Below, one piece after another: positions 36,402 through 50,007 of a stretch of 64,000 nt of DNA. The position numbers and the translations under genes are program-made. The DNA comes from Phoronis australis (Eukaryota; Animalia; Phoronida), in contig NMRA01000554.1 of NCBI GenBank assembly GCA_002633005.1, positions 62,001 to 126,000 on the forward strand, written 5' to 3'. How positions within the stretch are numbered: the stretch's first letter is position 1; the number at the start of each line of letters is the position of its first letter. The notes under the pieces were generated by a model that ran no database searches, had not been told where the DNA came from, and worked only from the letters and a program-made list of their open reading frames with translations.

Positions 36402-36671
36402 CAGTGGCGGACCTAGGATACCAAGGGGGGCCGACATGTTGTCTTCGATTGTATGTGCAGCAGGCCCGAACTCGCGGGAGTGCGGGAGCCTAGTATGTGA
36501 ACAATCTGTTCAGAAAATCTACCGGTGGGCTAAAAAAAACAATTGTCGCGATCTGCGGCGCCCCCTTCTCCGCGATATTTCCACTCGCTTCACGCTCTTG
36601 CTGTTCCATTTTTGCTTGCGGCAGCCAAGGGGGAGGGGGAGCCTGCCCCCCCCCCCTTAAATCCGCCTATG
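36402..36671. mobile_element. Short MITE with CAGTGGCGG / CCGCCTATG termini and G/C-rich subterminal tracts
   Basis: Termini CAGTGGCGGACCTAGG and TTAAATCCGCCTATG, with a TGATA direct repeat on both flanks (36397-36401, 36672-36676). Confidence 0.65.
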
Positions 36672-39321
36672 TGATACGCTGTGCTTCGGGCATAAACATG
36701 CAAAATTAGTTTACTAACTTTGCAAATAACAATTTCTAGTGACAAACTTCTCGCAATAGATTACTAAGGTGAATAAGTTCCTAAAAGCCATGCCGAGTAA
36801 TTTACGAGCAGGGTACTTCTTACATAACAAAATGTTCAGCAAACGACGACAATAATAAAGTAACGCAAATGCCAAGATTCTTGTTGTCGCTTTGGAAAGA
36901 AAGAGAAAAATAAAGTTTGAATGACATTTAGACGTCCCGCGGTAAAGAAGTCTCATCTTCGTTTACATATAGAAGTAAACACCACGGTCCCTTTCCGGAT
37001 GAAAAATATGTCGACAGTTCAGAGGCAACGACGGAAAAACTTAATTCTAATGAACAAGATAATTTGGGAAATCGAACAGCATAGCTTTTAGCCTAGGCTA
37101 GAGCTCTGTGCATTTAGCCAGACAAAGCAATAGTATTTTTCTTGCCCGACAAGAAAAATACTATTGCCATGAGAAAGTAATTAGTAATTGCTCTTCCACT
37201 CCCAGTTTTATGATGGAAAATTATGTAGTGCTTGCAACAAAGAGGTGGAGCGACTATGTGAGGATGATGACGACATGCGCGCTGAAATTTACGAGTTATA
37301 CCACGAGCGGTCGGCCGGGCAACCCGACCCCCTTTGGTACGCCCATAGGGGTAGAAAGAGCAGAACACACTCGGCGTCACTCGCAACTTCAGTCAAGAGA
37401 ATTGAATTCTCTTACTGGACGTCTCAACTGTTACCTTGTAAAATTGCTGATTTCCCCACCACACTCAGTGGCCCCCTACGTTTTTGTTCCGAGTTTGAGG
37501 CCTCCTTGGTAATCCTCCTCTTCTAAGCATTGACAGTATAACAGGAAGACTTTATACGCGAGGGTCATTATTTCGTTAACTGACCAAGATGCTTTTAAAG
37601 TGCTACTAATGCGGTGAACAGGTTCTTTGGGATTATTTGTCTTCGATGTTTACATTACGTTTAGACTCCATTAAAAACGGCATGAGTGAACTTAATTTTC
37701 AACGTTAAAATGGCCGTTGGGGTAGTCCTTTTCAGGGAGTCAAAATTAATGCTACATTGACCCAGACTGCTCACATATGCAAATTGTATCCATGCCATAA
37801 TCATAGAATTCTAGAGATTGTGGAGAAGCAGATCGTGGTCACACCAAGGAGGGCACATCGGCTTTCGTTCACTTCGGATCAAATTCACAGTGGACACTTG
37901 CGGAACCGCGATCACAACTCGCATGTCGCCTCAAACTTTTCTCAATAGGTGTCGCTAAATACAAAATCTCACTCGGTTCGATGAAAAATGGTATGGGTGT
38001 ATTTCTCTTCTCATCATGCCATGAAAACCGTTTTTTCTTGAAACTCTTACTTTTTGGTCCTTTGTCTAATTCTTTAATTTATTGTACACCTACTATAGCT
38101 ACAACACGAAAGCTAATGTTTTACGGCAGTCGCGTGACATTTTTGGATCAGGTGACAACGCAAGGACATTTTTATGTTTTTAAGCTTTCCACTCAACCGT
38201 GAAATTCTAGCCACTAAAAATCGAGTATCAGAAGGCAAAACTAAACTATCTCTGGGACACGAGAGGTTTGACTGTACGATACCCTGCATCTGAAACTCAG
38301 TAGCGCATGACTTTTGTTTTTGTGCAGAGCGGACCTTTCTCTCGGTTTCGGGGTTTACTCGGCACAGGATGCTGTTGGACATTTCAGATGCCAATGCATT
38401 TAGAGGGTGCATTTGTTTCCATGAAAATGTCACCTTTTCAAACGGGTTTGTTACAAAAATATCAACCTTTTGCAGATGTTACTTCGATCGTAACCCTTTC
38501 GCAGAAAGTGATTTTTGGACCGAGATGAATTTTCATTTATCCATCTAATAATACAAAAAGAGGTGTCATGTTGTCTAAAATTAGTGCGGTCATCTTTCAA
38601 ATTTGCTACAAAAGCTTGAAGAGATCATTTTTAAAACCCTCTGTAGATTTGCGTAGTTGGTGGAAAGGGAGAATTTTGTAAAATTTTGAATTCCACTTTG
38701 CCGAAACCTTTTCGTTGGAAACCTTGTCAGAAAATGCTCGTTTAGACATACACATTTAGCTAGATGGTTGGGCATTAGCTCTTTGAGAATTTTTTCAGAA
38801 GTGGCACTTTTTCACGAAGAGTTTGGAGGTAAAAACTTCAATTACCCTTTTCCTGGCGGTATCATACACGTCAACCCCCTCAGGTACCCAACCGCATCAT
38901 CTTCTGTAAACATCCATATTTAAGAAAAAAATCCATAAGATCTTTAAAATGGATTGCAACGTGACATTTTAATAATTCAATTACATAAAAGACATGCTCA
39001 TATAAACTAGCGAGTTGCATTAAACAATATATGAGCTGCTATATTCATGATGCATCACATGTAGGCTACGTTTGTAAATGTTATGCGCTGTTATCATCGT
39101 GGGAATTGATTATAACTCTAAATAAATTTTGAATTTTTTTAAAAGAATCCATATAACTTTATTTCTACGCCCGTATACTACGTTTATTGAATTAAATCTG
39201 TATAAAATACGGACATTTCGTATGGGTTTACATGAATGAGGTACGTCCCCTCGCCTCTTCTGGTCCAGTCGAGCACGAACACTCAAGCAGCGGAGCGGGC
39301 TGTACTTGCATGGTATTGTAG

Positions 39322-39351
39322 CCAATCATAGTTCTCAGAGATGTGACGTCA
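39322..39351 (+). promoter_or_regulatory. CCAAT box and palindromic CRE upstream of TMTC1
   Basis: CCAAT at 39322-39326 and TGACGTCA at 39344-39351, 34-63 bp before the first in-frame ATG, in a CpG-retaining segment. Confidence 0.45.
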
Positions 39352-39384
39352 TGTTTTACGTAAAAGTGCGGGATCACTTGTCAA

Positions 39385-39755
39385 ATGCTCATTTGGGAAA
39401 CAAGCATGCCGGAGGAAAGTTGTGTTGCGATTTCCGCGCGCTACAAGAAGAGTTATCGGCAGGGCAAGTTGACAATTAATAATAATTATGTGTACGCAGA
39501 CGTTCCATTGTGCCGAGCATGGGAAGTTAATTCGTGGATATATTACATGGTTTGTACTGCAGCATCTATAATTTGTTATGCCAATAGCTTGCGCGGAGAT
39601 TTTGTGCACGACGATGTTATGGCAATAAAGACCAACCCTGATGTCCTTCCGGGCACTCCGATATTACAAGTGTTTAAACACGATTTTTGGGGAAAGTCGA
39701 TGGCGTCAAATACCAGTCACAAGTCGTACCGACCGCTGTGTGTATTAACTTTCAG
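39385..39755 (+). CDS. TMTC1: TMTC1 protein O-mannosyltransferase, coding exon 1
   Basis: CYANSLRGDFVHDDVMAIKTNPDV...DFWGKSMASNTSHKSYRPLCVLTFR carries the TMTC DD motif and SHKSYRP; FVHDDV and NTSHKSYRPLCVLTF point to TMTC1. Donor AG|GTAAG at 39755/39756. The start could be 39385 or 39406. Confidence 0.92.
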
Positions 39756-42700
39756 GTAAGAAAAAAGCTAAATGCCAACTTGAAGTCGAGTTCGTGGCCA
39801 TGAATAAACAAACTTAGTTGTCTCTTCTGTTTCTACCGCAGTCACATAACTGGGTCATATCAATGCTCCTTCAGGTCTTCACACGTAGCATACGATTTGC
39901 TTATCTCATTAGCCATCATAAGAACTGTCCCAGACTGAGTCCGTCTGATAAGGGACAGCTATATTTGCAGTAAACTTGGTTTCCCATCAGTTATTTCTGT
40001 TGTAGCCTCATGCCTGGTGGTGAATCCAACTTTATATGTTTCAGATGAATTCCGTTTTTATTTCAATTTTTTCTTATCTTCACATGTCTTTGTCAAGGAA
40101 TGTTGCATTAACCAATTTAAACCTTACGGCTCATTTTAACAGACTTTTTGAGCATTTTTGCAAAGTATGGTGTAAATGTTGCCAATGACTGTATCGTTGC
40201 TAGGCGATGATACATCGCCTGTAATGGAGCTGCGCAACTGATTTAATGCTTTGATTTATGACATAAAGTACTAAACATTATGTAAGGAAACAATTACTTG
40301 TGAACAATGGATTTGACATAAATACACATCAAAATCTGCAATTATCTATATTTCTTGACATTTAAAACAGAAACGTGGTAATTGCTTCCCATTTCATAAT
40401 TTCTGAAAAAAAAGGTTTAGCCAAGTAATTAACGCATTGCAGCGAAGACATAAATTTCCAACAAAGTCACTTTTCATGAGATCCCTGGAGTGCTAAGTGA
40501 AATACACAACATTCATCTGTTCTCTGTACAGCATGTTAACTGCCTGTTTATTGAACATCTATGTCTTGGATGAATGGTGCACCAGGTAATCAAACCATCC
40601 AACTTACCTTTTGAGCAAACACTTGTTGTGCCAGATCAACTGTTACTGGATTCAGTATTCTTGAGACCGTGGATGATCCTGCTTGTTATATAATGCTGAT
40701 GTGTCAGAGTTCTTGATTCAAAGATATGTGCTGCTCTGGGTTGAGTGCTGTTTTTATGTTTGGAAAGAATTTTAACTGGCTGCTGTTACTGCTTGCTGAC
40801 ATTTTACAATTACCTTTGAGGTGGAAGGGGAAGGGAAATACCTGTTTGACATATGCGTTGAATTTTGTTTGGAATTGCAATTAAAAGGACACTTGATCTG
40901 ATACAAGTGCCATCCTGTGGGCTGGGCATGTTGAAGAATTGGGCCATTTTGCATGCTTCTCATTGGAGGGGTACTTTCCAAATTGAACTGAACTTTCTAA
41001 AACATTTCTAATAGTTTAGAAATATTTTGTGAAGTATTGCCCGATACCAGGCCTTTCCAAAAAAGTTCCCACCAACATGAAAGAGTGGAACATGTGGCAT
41101 GATGTCATTATTTTGTCAGTTTTGAGCCTTAGAAGAAACTTTAAAAGTGATATCTCACAAATGAACGATTAAATTCAAATTCTTTGGCAAACATGCTTCT
41201 TACATACTTACTGCAAAATGCTGTTAGAAATTGTTTTTAAAATGTTCTGCTTTTAGCTAATATGTTATCAAAAACAGGACTGTTATGATTTTTATGAAAA
41301 ATGCTAGTGTTTCATAAAACTAAATGATTATTTGAAAACCTATAACAAGTTGAGATTTCATTTTGAAATTTCCATCAATTGAAATTTGGTCGTGTTATTA
41401 TTGATACCGTTGTTTTGTTTGAGATGTTCCTTTGTTGTTCTGAATGTACCTTTGTTGTTATGCAAAATTTTACTAAGAAGACCTGGTCATGTGACCTAAG
41501 TCTTAGATTGGTAAAAGGTTAAAAAATTCTTCACGGATTTATAGTTTTGGAAATGCATGCTTTTTACATAGTGGAAATCTACAGTTTTGTTGATCTAATT
41601 GTTCACAAAAATAACCAAAAACACAGAACACCGTGTTGTGCACTCCTGGACTTGGCTCAACATTTCAATTGACAACGTTTTGTCATACCCAATTTCCTCA
41701 AGGTTCAATCCTGGTGAGAACACTGATAATGGATAATCAAAAAGAGCTCTACCAGTTCTCTAAGACCCTGTTTTTGGTGTTTTTTTTTGTAACTTCTAAA
41801 TCACTTCAGGGAAAATCCCTGGAAATTCCTTGTTCGACAATTCTTCATTTATTTAGCGCAAAAATGGCTTACAAGTAAAATTCTTTTTTGACAACAACAG
41901 TAAGGATAAATAAGATTTTAGTATATTACAAGCATGGGTTGTAGCTACTATTTTTGGAATAATTATTTTCAAAGTTATGTCCGTTATTGTTTCTTAGTTC
42001 TCAATATCAAATGGTGGTTCAGAGGTTGTGTAGCTACCTTCTCATGTTTGTGTGTTCCATAGATGTTAACAGACACACATCACACATGTGAGAGCTTCCT
42101 GGCTAAATCCTATTATCACCCACTGGGCTTCAGGCCATTAACTCATTGCTGTATATATATTTGGTTGACTTTGTTAAACAAACATTGAATAGTCAACACT
42201 CAACACTAACTTTTCTACAGTGTTACTATTGGCTTCAGCCCTGATAAAAAGATGGCGGCTTACCATTTTTATGGCTTTTACAAACAATTTATGCCATTCG
42301 GGGGGGGGGGGGGNNNNGGTTGCAATCAAGCTCCCTCCTACTGTTAATTGTTTGGTGATATCCTCAAAGCAAACTGCCTGATTCAGTTGGCTTACTTTTC
42401 AAAATTTTGAAAATGTTAATCAATAAGGTTTTACTCTGTACGACCAGCATTCTGAAAGAGTAACCAAGATTTCATAAGCAAAGAAATACTTCCGATTGAT
42501 ATAGGTCCCGGATTTGGCTTGTTGCGATAAGAAGTTTGGATTTTACATTGATTAGTTTGAAAAACAATTTAACGTGTTTGAACTCACAGAAGATAAGTTT
42601 TTTTTTCAGCGAAACTGGTCATTTTGGATGTTTGACACCAGTTCAGTGTACTGACACCTAGGTTTTAGATACATACCAACCCTTCTCAGAGTACACATGT

Positions 42701-45700
42701 ACTTTCCAACATGCACATGAATTTTGTACCATAATTCTCATGTAGTTTGAATTCTCTGCTGTTGAGAATGTTGGTAGCTTCAATATCAGTTAGTAGAATT
42801 TGTTAGCTTACACTTGCTTCAGAGGAATACTTTGAAAGCTTGGTTTGACTACAGTGGTTATAAAAAAATGTAATTGAAAGTGAACACTGCTTGAGACTAA
42901 TTAGGTGCCTGGTAATTAAGCACCTGTTTCATATCATTTCTTAAAACTAATCTACCATATTCCAATTTTGTGTTAGCTTTGAGTCTGTATGATATTCATT
43001 GACTAGGTACACTTGATATAATTGGCCTCTTAGCTATAGTACAGGACAAGCATAATCAGACAAAATACCATTTTCCGTCATTAGCGCTAGTTGGGTTTGC
43101 AGCAGAAATGACAAATAATGACTATGATAGTGGGAAAAGTCTACATGGCTTAACTACATTTCTAACTTTCCTGTTAACTCCCTTCATTCTTGGTTGTCAG
43201 GGAAGGCTTTGAGTCTGATTACGAGTTCAGTTTCTGCTCTGCCCTTTCTACAGTTAATTCTGAGTAATTTTGTGTGAATACTTTTGATGTGAATTGTAGT
43301 TTAGTACGTGTCGGAAAGTTCATACCAGTTTCTTGTTAAAGCATCCTGCTTCCGTATAAGAAACTAACTTTTGATTATAGACCACCATTACCGCTTTGGC
43401 CTTAATTTGTTCCTTACTCAGATGAGAAGTTGTTTTGGGTCTGTCGAAGAACTTGTAGTTCATCATTGCTTGAGACTATGCACCCCTAATGAAATGACAC
43501 AACGTGACAAGTGAACTACTGACAGATCACAGTTCTCTCCTAGAACAGAAATCCTACCTATTTTGACCAAGGAACAATTTGGAATCAATTTCATTTCAGT
43601 AAAGTTCTAAATCAAACTTGGGTTTATAGCTGCTTTGACATCAATGGAGCAACTTGTGTTGGGGAGTTTTTGTGCAGCAACACAGACTTCTGTTTATCAA
43701 CTGTTGTAATGATTCAACATTCAAAGATCAGATAATTATTCTTACATAAGGATTCCTATGGCACAGAACAACTTCATTGATTTATTGTGGGTAATAGCAG
43801 TGTCAAGGAATTTATTAGCCAGAAATGCTTTTAGACAGTGGGAACTTCTTCATCACTGGTTTCAAAATGCAACATAAGGCTTAGCTCCCATATGAATTGG
43901 ATTGAGCAAACTGTGCACAGGGGGTTGGACTGAAAGGCTAATGCTGTTCTTGTACCAATAAAGCACTATGTGTTGTAATTGTGGGTTATTAGTTTTGTAT
44001 GAAATACATTTGTGAATAGCCCATTGACTGGCATCAGTTTACTATCAAATCTAATGAAATGTGGACTGTATTCTTCAGCTGTGCCAGTCAGAGCCAAGCT
44101 AATATAGCGTGAATAGACCAATGGTCTGGTGTGTTTATGTTTATCATTTCTTTATGTAGATCCTTGCCCTAGCTTTGCTTGGTGTTTTGAGAACTGAAAG
44201 CTTTCAACATAAAGGCGTGAAGCTCAACTGTGTTATAATGTGGGGTAATTGAAAAATATTGCATTTTCCTGGCTTGTTAATTGACCAAGCTGTCAGGCCT
44301 GGCAGGCTTTCATATAGTAGGGAACCAGGATGTTTGAATATGCTGCTTAATTTCATGATTTTTATGTAGCTGCTTCAAAGATAACTAAAAAATTGCAAAA
44401 GGATTCGGAAGGAAAGATATTGCAAATGATTACTGAAAAAATTCCAACTGTTTTTTTTTGTTATTTTTTCTTAAAAACTATCAATTCTCTTGAGCTAGGT
44501 TAGCTTAGATTCACTTGGTACATGCGATGTTCATCAGGAAAATGTTACCTGTTTTTTCAAACTGAGTGTTGGAGGAATGGCAAAACTGATTTCATCTGGG
44601 TTGGTTATGCGTTGTTAGAAAAGTTTGGCTGTGTACATGATATCTGCACCGTGCTCAGAGAGACAATCTCCCTTTGCACTCCAAAAGGATTTTTATTAAT
44701 TACCGGTAACTCGATTAGGTGTGTGTTGTTTTAATGAAAATTTGTTTTCAACCACATCTTTAAATTTGCCGTCTAAATTTGAAACTTTACTGTAGTCTTA
44801 GGGTAGTGTCTTTAGGTCTACAGTATAGTACCATTGTCTGTTTGGGTACATCACTGTGGAAACACACTTCTCTTTATGTGTGCAGCATCTGTGCTGCTCA
44901 TATGGCGTGAAAAATTGTGTTGCAGTGGTCCAGCTTATTAGTAATGGTCCAGGACCCTTGTACCTTATTGTAGTCCTTCATGAATAACAGCTGTGAACAA
45001 AGGAAATGTGCATTTTGGAAGGTTAATATCTGAACACCTGGTCCACTGAATGAATGCCATGATGGGTGAGATTTTGTTCAAATGAGGAAAATTGTGGGTC
45101 ATGTACACACCTTTGGTTGTACTAAATATCCGGTACATAGACATTTAGAGAAAACTGTGGGTCATGTACTTAAGGTAGATTGTACTTAGTGTATCATACA
45201 AAGAGTGCGGGGGGGGTACTCAACCACATTTTTGGATGTAGGTGTATGCTAAAGATCTGATATATTCGTGTAACTGGCGTAAGTCTCATCAGCTGTATAA
45301 ATTGCTGCTATACGGAAAAGCCGCCTCTCATAGTCAGCTCTGCTACTAAATGTATGTTAACATAAACAGTGAAGATAACTTGAGCTTTTGTATTAGGTTC
45401 GTTACTTTACTAATATTGAAGATAATGTCTAGTGATGACTAGACATTAACTCAGTTAAGTTTATATCGCAATGTAACGCTGCAATTTCATACTTACTAAT
45501 CTTAATTGTAATTTTTTTCTGGTATGAAGAGTCAAACACATATTTGGATGGTAAAATGACTGAAATGAAACACTTATATCTAGAAGACCAATAGATATTT
45601 AAACAAAACATTCACGAATTTCTAATGTATTACGTGACATTGTCACTTCTATGCTGTTATAACGCTGGTCTCACCTTGTTCCCAACTCAGTTTAAAGGTG

Positions 45701-48700
45701 AGGTTTCAGGGCTCAAGAAGAACTGAGCCTTGGAATCACTTTCCAGTTTTACTATGGAACAGTTTGTGACCAATTACACTAGGGTAAGTGACAGATCTAA
45801 ATCAAAAGTTGAATTTTGTGATAGAATGTAATGCTTTTTTTAACAGCATTAATTGAAGAAAGGTCCCTCTTTTAAATGTCAGAACAGAAATTACTCCATC
45901 AGCATGGGGTCATTCATATGATAAGGGTCTTGTGTCCTCATAAGGGTCCTGCTGAATGATGGTATTTCAAATTGAACGACCATTGTTTCACTTGTGCCGC
46001 CAAGTGGTTCGCAAGTTCCTATTGTGTCTCGCGACCATGGGCATATTAGTCTGCAGGGTCAGTGAATGGAGGATTTGGCCAAAAAGTTAGTTATTTTGTT
46101 CTAAGGTGCTTTGTCATTTCAATAATTTTGGGGCAACTGTCTCTTCACCTCATATTCCTACAATCTCACCCATGTCTAAAGTTTTGCAAACTTTGGTCAT
46201 GTTCGAATATTATATCGGGGTTTATGGTTGTTCCATAGGTGCAAGACACTCATAGCGAGTAAAGTTAGTGTGATCATGTGCTTTGCTTGTAATTCTGGGG
46301 GAAGATTTGTGAGGTCATGTCTTTCTTGCAATGAACTTGGTCTGTGGAATACAGGTAGTGTTTGCTTGGAGGTCAGGAGTTCACAGTACATTGGCAGTTT
46401 CCTTTCAGAAAAAAATGAACTGTATAAAACTTAATTGTGGTAACATTTCCTTGTTCAATGCATCACGTATATTATAAAATAGAGCTAATCTTACTTTCTA
46501 TTTGCCATTCCTGCTGTATATATCTGCCCTTCTAAGTCTGGACATTGTTTAGATTGTTCAATGCAGCATGAGACTGCCCAGACATCAGAAGTTGTGTTAA
46601 TTATTAAACCTAAGTGATGTACAGGTTAACAAATAGCTAACACAGACAGGTAGAGCTCTTGAGGAGACACCTTGACATAGCAGGATATGATAGTTTGATG
46701 GTAATTTTCTGAGATGTGATTAACCTTTGTGATAAGACCCTTGTCCAAACACATGGATAATGCCACTTTGCTGAACAAATATAGGCTGGTGGTCTTCCTG
46801 GTCTGGTAAAAACATAAATGTTGTGTATCAATACAAATATGAATGAAAAGTCATCCAGGCCCATGAAATCTCAATGCTAAATGCCCTTTCAACATTGAAC
46901 CCACCAACCAACAAGGATTTGTTGAAAAAATGCAACAGTTTATAGATTAGGCTTATCGGAATTGACTTTGAATCAGCTATTCATGTCTGTGGATTCTTCC
47001 ATAACCTTTGAAGTTCATTTCTCATTGTTAGTTGATTCACCAGGCTTTACATCTGAGTCTAATGTAATTAGGGGATTTTGAACTACACCATTGGTTGTTA
47101 TGTTTCATGGAAAATCTCCCAGCTCCAAGTGTGACTCACATGGTTAACAATGGAAAGTACTACTATTAAATGCACTCTTTCTATCCCATGTGTTTTGAAT
47201 GTGATTATATTATAGTTGTTCTTGATCCTCTCAGCAACTTGGAGCTGCTCTGTTCAAGACACCAGACCTTTAAAATTCCAGGAGAAAGAGCCTATTGTTC
47301 ACAAAATCACAGGACATTATATTGCATATGTTTTGGCAACCTTCACCTTGCAAAATATACAGGTTGATTTACAGCTCTAGACATTTTACTAGACAAGCAA
47401 TTTTTTTTTGGTTTAACTTTTTTCAAAAAGATGAGTGACACTAAATAAATGCTTATAAATTCTATATTCTCTACCATAAAGCTACCACCACGAAAATGTC
47501 TTGAGAAATGTTGTACATTCACAATGGTGTTAGAGGCTTCTGGATTTTTCAAAAGATCAACTCTGGAAGTACTTATTTTTGTCATAGATTCTTGAAATAT
47601 TACCGCTTTATGTGGTTCACATTTTATGTGAATTTACTTTCATGGGGAATTGATCAACAGAGTAGGTTTATTATCTGAAAAATGCTAGACAAGAACAGCA
47701 AGCAAGGGCTGTTGACACTTTTAAATGTTACTAGAACGATGTATATTAATATACACAGGGTGATAATCTGTTGGGGTTGCAGTGACATTATAAAACCTAC
47801 TTGGATGGTATGTTTTGGTTTGAGGTGTCACTGGCAGCTGGGGGATTTTGTAAATAAATGGTGTTTTGAAGCAATCAGAGGGTCCAACTCAACTGATGGA
47901 GGGTATTTACTTCAGGTCCGATCTTTGTATTCTCCTGCTATTTAAGGTGCTCTAAACAGACTACATGTGACTTTCCAAATTTAGCTGAAAAGTGAGAAAA
48001 AATGCCATCTAGTTGTATACAGAAGTATGGAAGGTCTATAGCCCTGCAGTAAAAAAACAGCATGAGGTCTAACCAACCCCACTCAAATTTCCACTGCGCA
48101 GTAGTGGATTAGCACCACCCCAAGGGAACTTTGGACAAAAATCCACCTTATTTATGTCTCGCAAAAATTCTATATTGCAGTCTCATCAAGATTTGAAGGT
48201 ATTCAAGTTCCAGCTGTCATTACAAAGCTAACCTGGTCCCATGAATGATATCTGTGACTAACAAACCAAGTAGTTCAAGGTGATATGAAGTGAATGTGTA
48301 TTTGCTGTGTATTGCGTGGGTTGTGCGAATACCTGCAAAACAATTCTAACTTTTTCTTCAGTAGTAAATCTTGTGGAGGTTGACTGTTTTGCTGTGTTGC
48401 AATGTTCCAGTGGGATCAAATGACTCAAAATAGCTGTTGTGGTCATGTACTTTTTGTTAAACACAAGTCATTGTTCACACTCTCTCTACTGGAACAATAG
48501 AGCCCAAGCTACAGGTTTTTTGACACCCACAGTTTTGTTTTCTTTTTCTGTCAATATGGCCAGAAACACCTGGTGTGTAAATGTTGATATTGTTTTTTAT
48601 TAGGTGAAATGACTTCAGGTGTGTTTATAGCATCATTGAAGCAATTCTCATTTTGGTAATTCAATACAGATTGGAAAGCACCATTAATGAATGGATTTCA

Positions 48701-49829
48701 CACCTGGCAAAAATGACTCACCTTTCTGCCAGATGTAGTAAAACGCGAGGTTATTAAACCAAATTTTGGCAATGTTTATGTGTTGATGGGCTAGCGTGTT
48801 TTATTGCCTATTACATATGAATTTATGTTACGGTTCTAAAAGGAGCATCTAAAAACTGTATAATTGCTTGCATTTTATTGAGGACGGATTCTTTCCAAAA
48901 AACTATGCCTCCAAGTCAGTGATCAAAATCCAGACTAGAAAACAGGTATTCAAAATAAGGCTGAATGATGAAATGTTGCAAGACAGTCCGAAGATCGGAA
49001 ACACGTTCAATGAATTCCAAGGCACTTGTTGAATAAAATACGAGCCTCACCTCTACTGACCCTTGTTGTGGGCATCCAAGTTTTGTCAAATGAATGAAAC
49101 ATGGTATGACAGGAGACTTGCCAGTGGCTTACTTCTATCTCATTCTGTTCAGTACACTTTTTATGGAATGCAAAGTTCAGTGACTTTCTATCCCAACACC
49201 CAGTGACCTTTAGATCAGTCAGCTGTCATAAGCATTAATTAAACTGTTCTACAATGGAACCCTGGCCTTATCTGTCATCTTTGACAGTTGGATAATCTGA
49301 TATCTAGTGACAAGTTTATTGCAGACCTTGCCTTTAGTTATTAATATGCAGTTGATATCTGATTAATTATTCTGATTCATTTTCTGATCGGAAAAGAATT
49401 TTACAAATTGTGTGTCCTGGTTCGTTACTTCGGAAAGTATCACATGACAATTCCCACAACCTGGATTGAACTCTTCTCTTGTGGAGTTAGAAAAAGGCTG
49501 CATTGTTCCAGTTTTTGAAATGTAAGGCCACTAACACAATTCTGACGTGAGTCCAACAAGTGGAGAAAGATTGGTCATGTCCAAAGTTTTTGATGTCTGT
49601 ATTACAATTAAACTTGCTATGCAACTGTAAAAATTCATTGACATCTAAATGAGAAAGATACCACATTATAAATGGCCGTTAATATTGGTGTGGTTCTTTT
49701 GGAAATTTCCGTAGGTGAAGAATTATGTAATTCTATCATAACGCGGAACTTAAATGATCACATGTTAACTGTTGTCTTGTGAGAATATTTGAGCAAAATT
49801 TGAAAAAATGCTTTTGTTGTGTGTTCCAG

Positions 49830-50007
49830 AGCCAATGTAATGCTGGGAGGCTTGGATCCGCTGGGTTTCCACATTGTCAACATCATTCTTCACACAACCG
49901 CCACTCTTCTCTTCCTCCTCACGTGTCACAGTGTCATCAGGATGGCGCTGTCATCTTCATTCCTGGCTGCTCTTTTGTTTGCAGTACATCCCATTCACAC
50001 CGAGGCG
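49830..50007 (+). CDS. TMTC1: TMTC1 coding exon 2 (gene continues beyond the window)
   Basis: CCAG acceptor, phase matching exon 1. Encodes ANVMLGGLDPLGFHIVNIILH...AALLFAVHPIHTEA, then donor GTAAGT. I did not find the expected next exon (V.GIVGRAD) before 64000. Confidence 0.92.
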
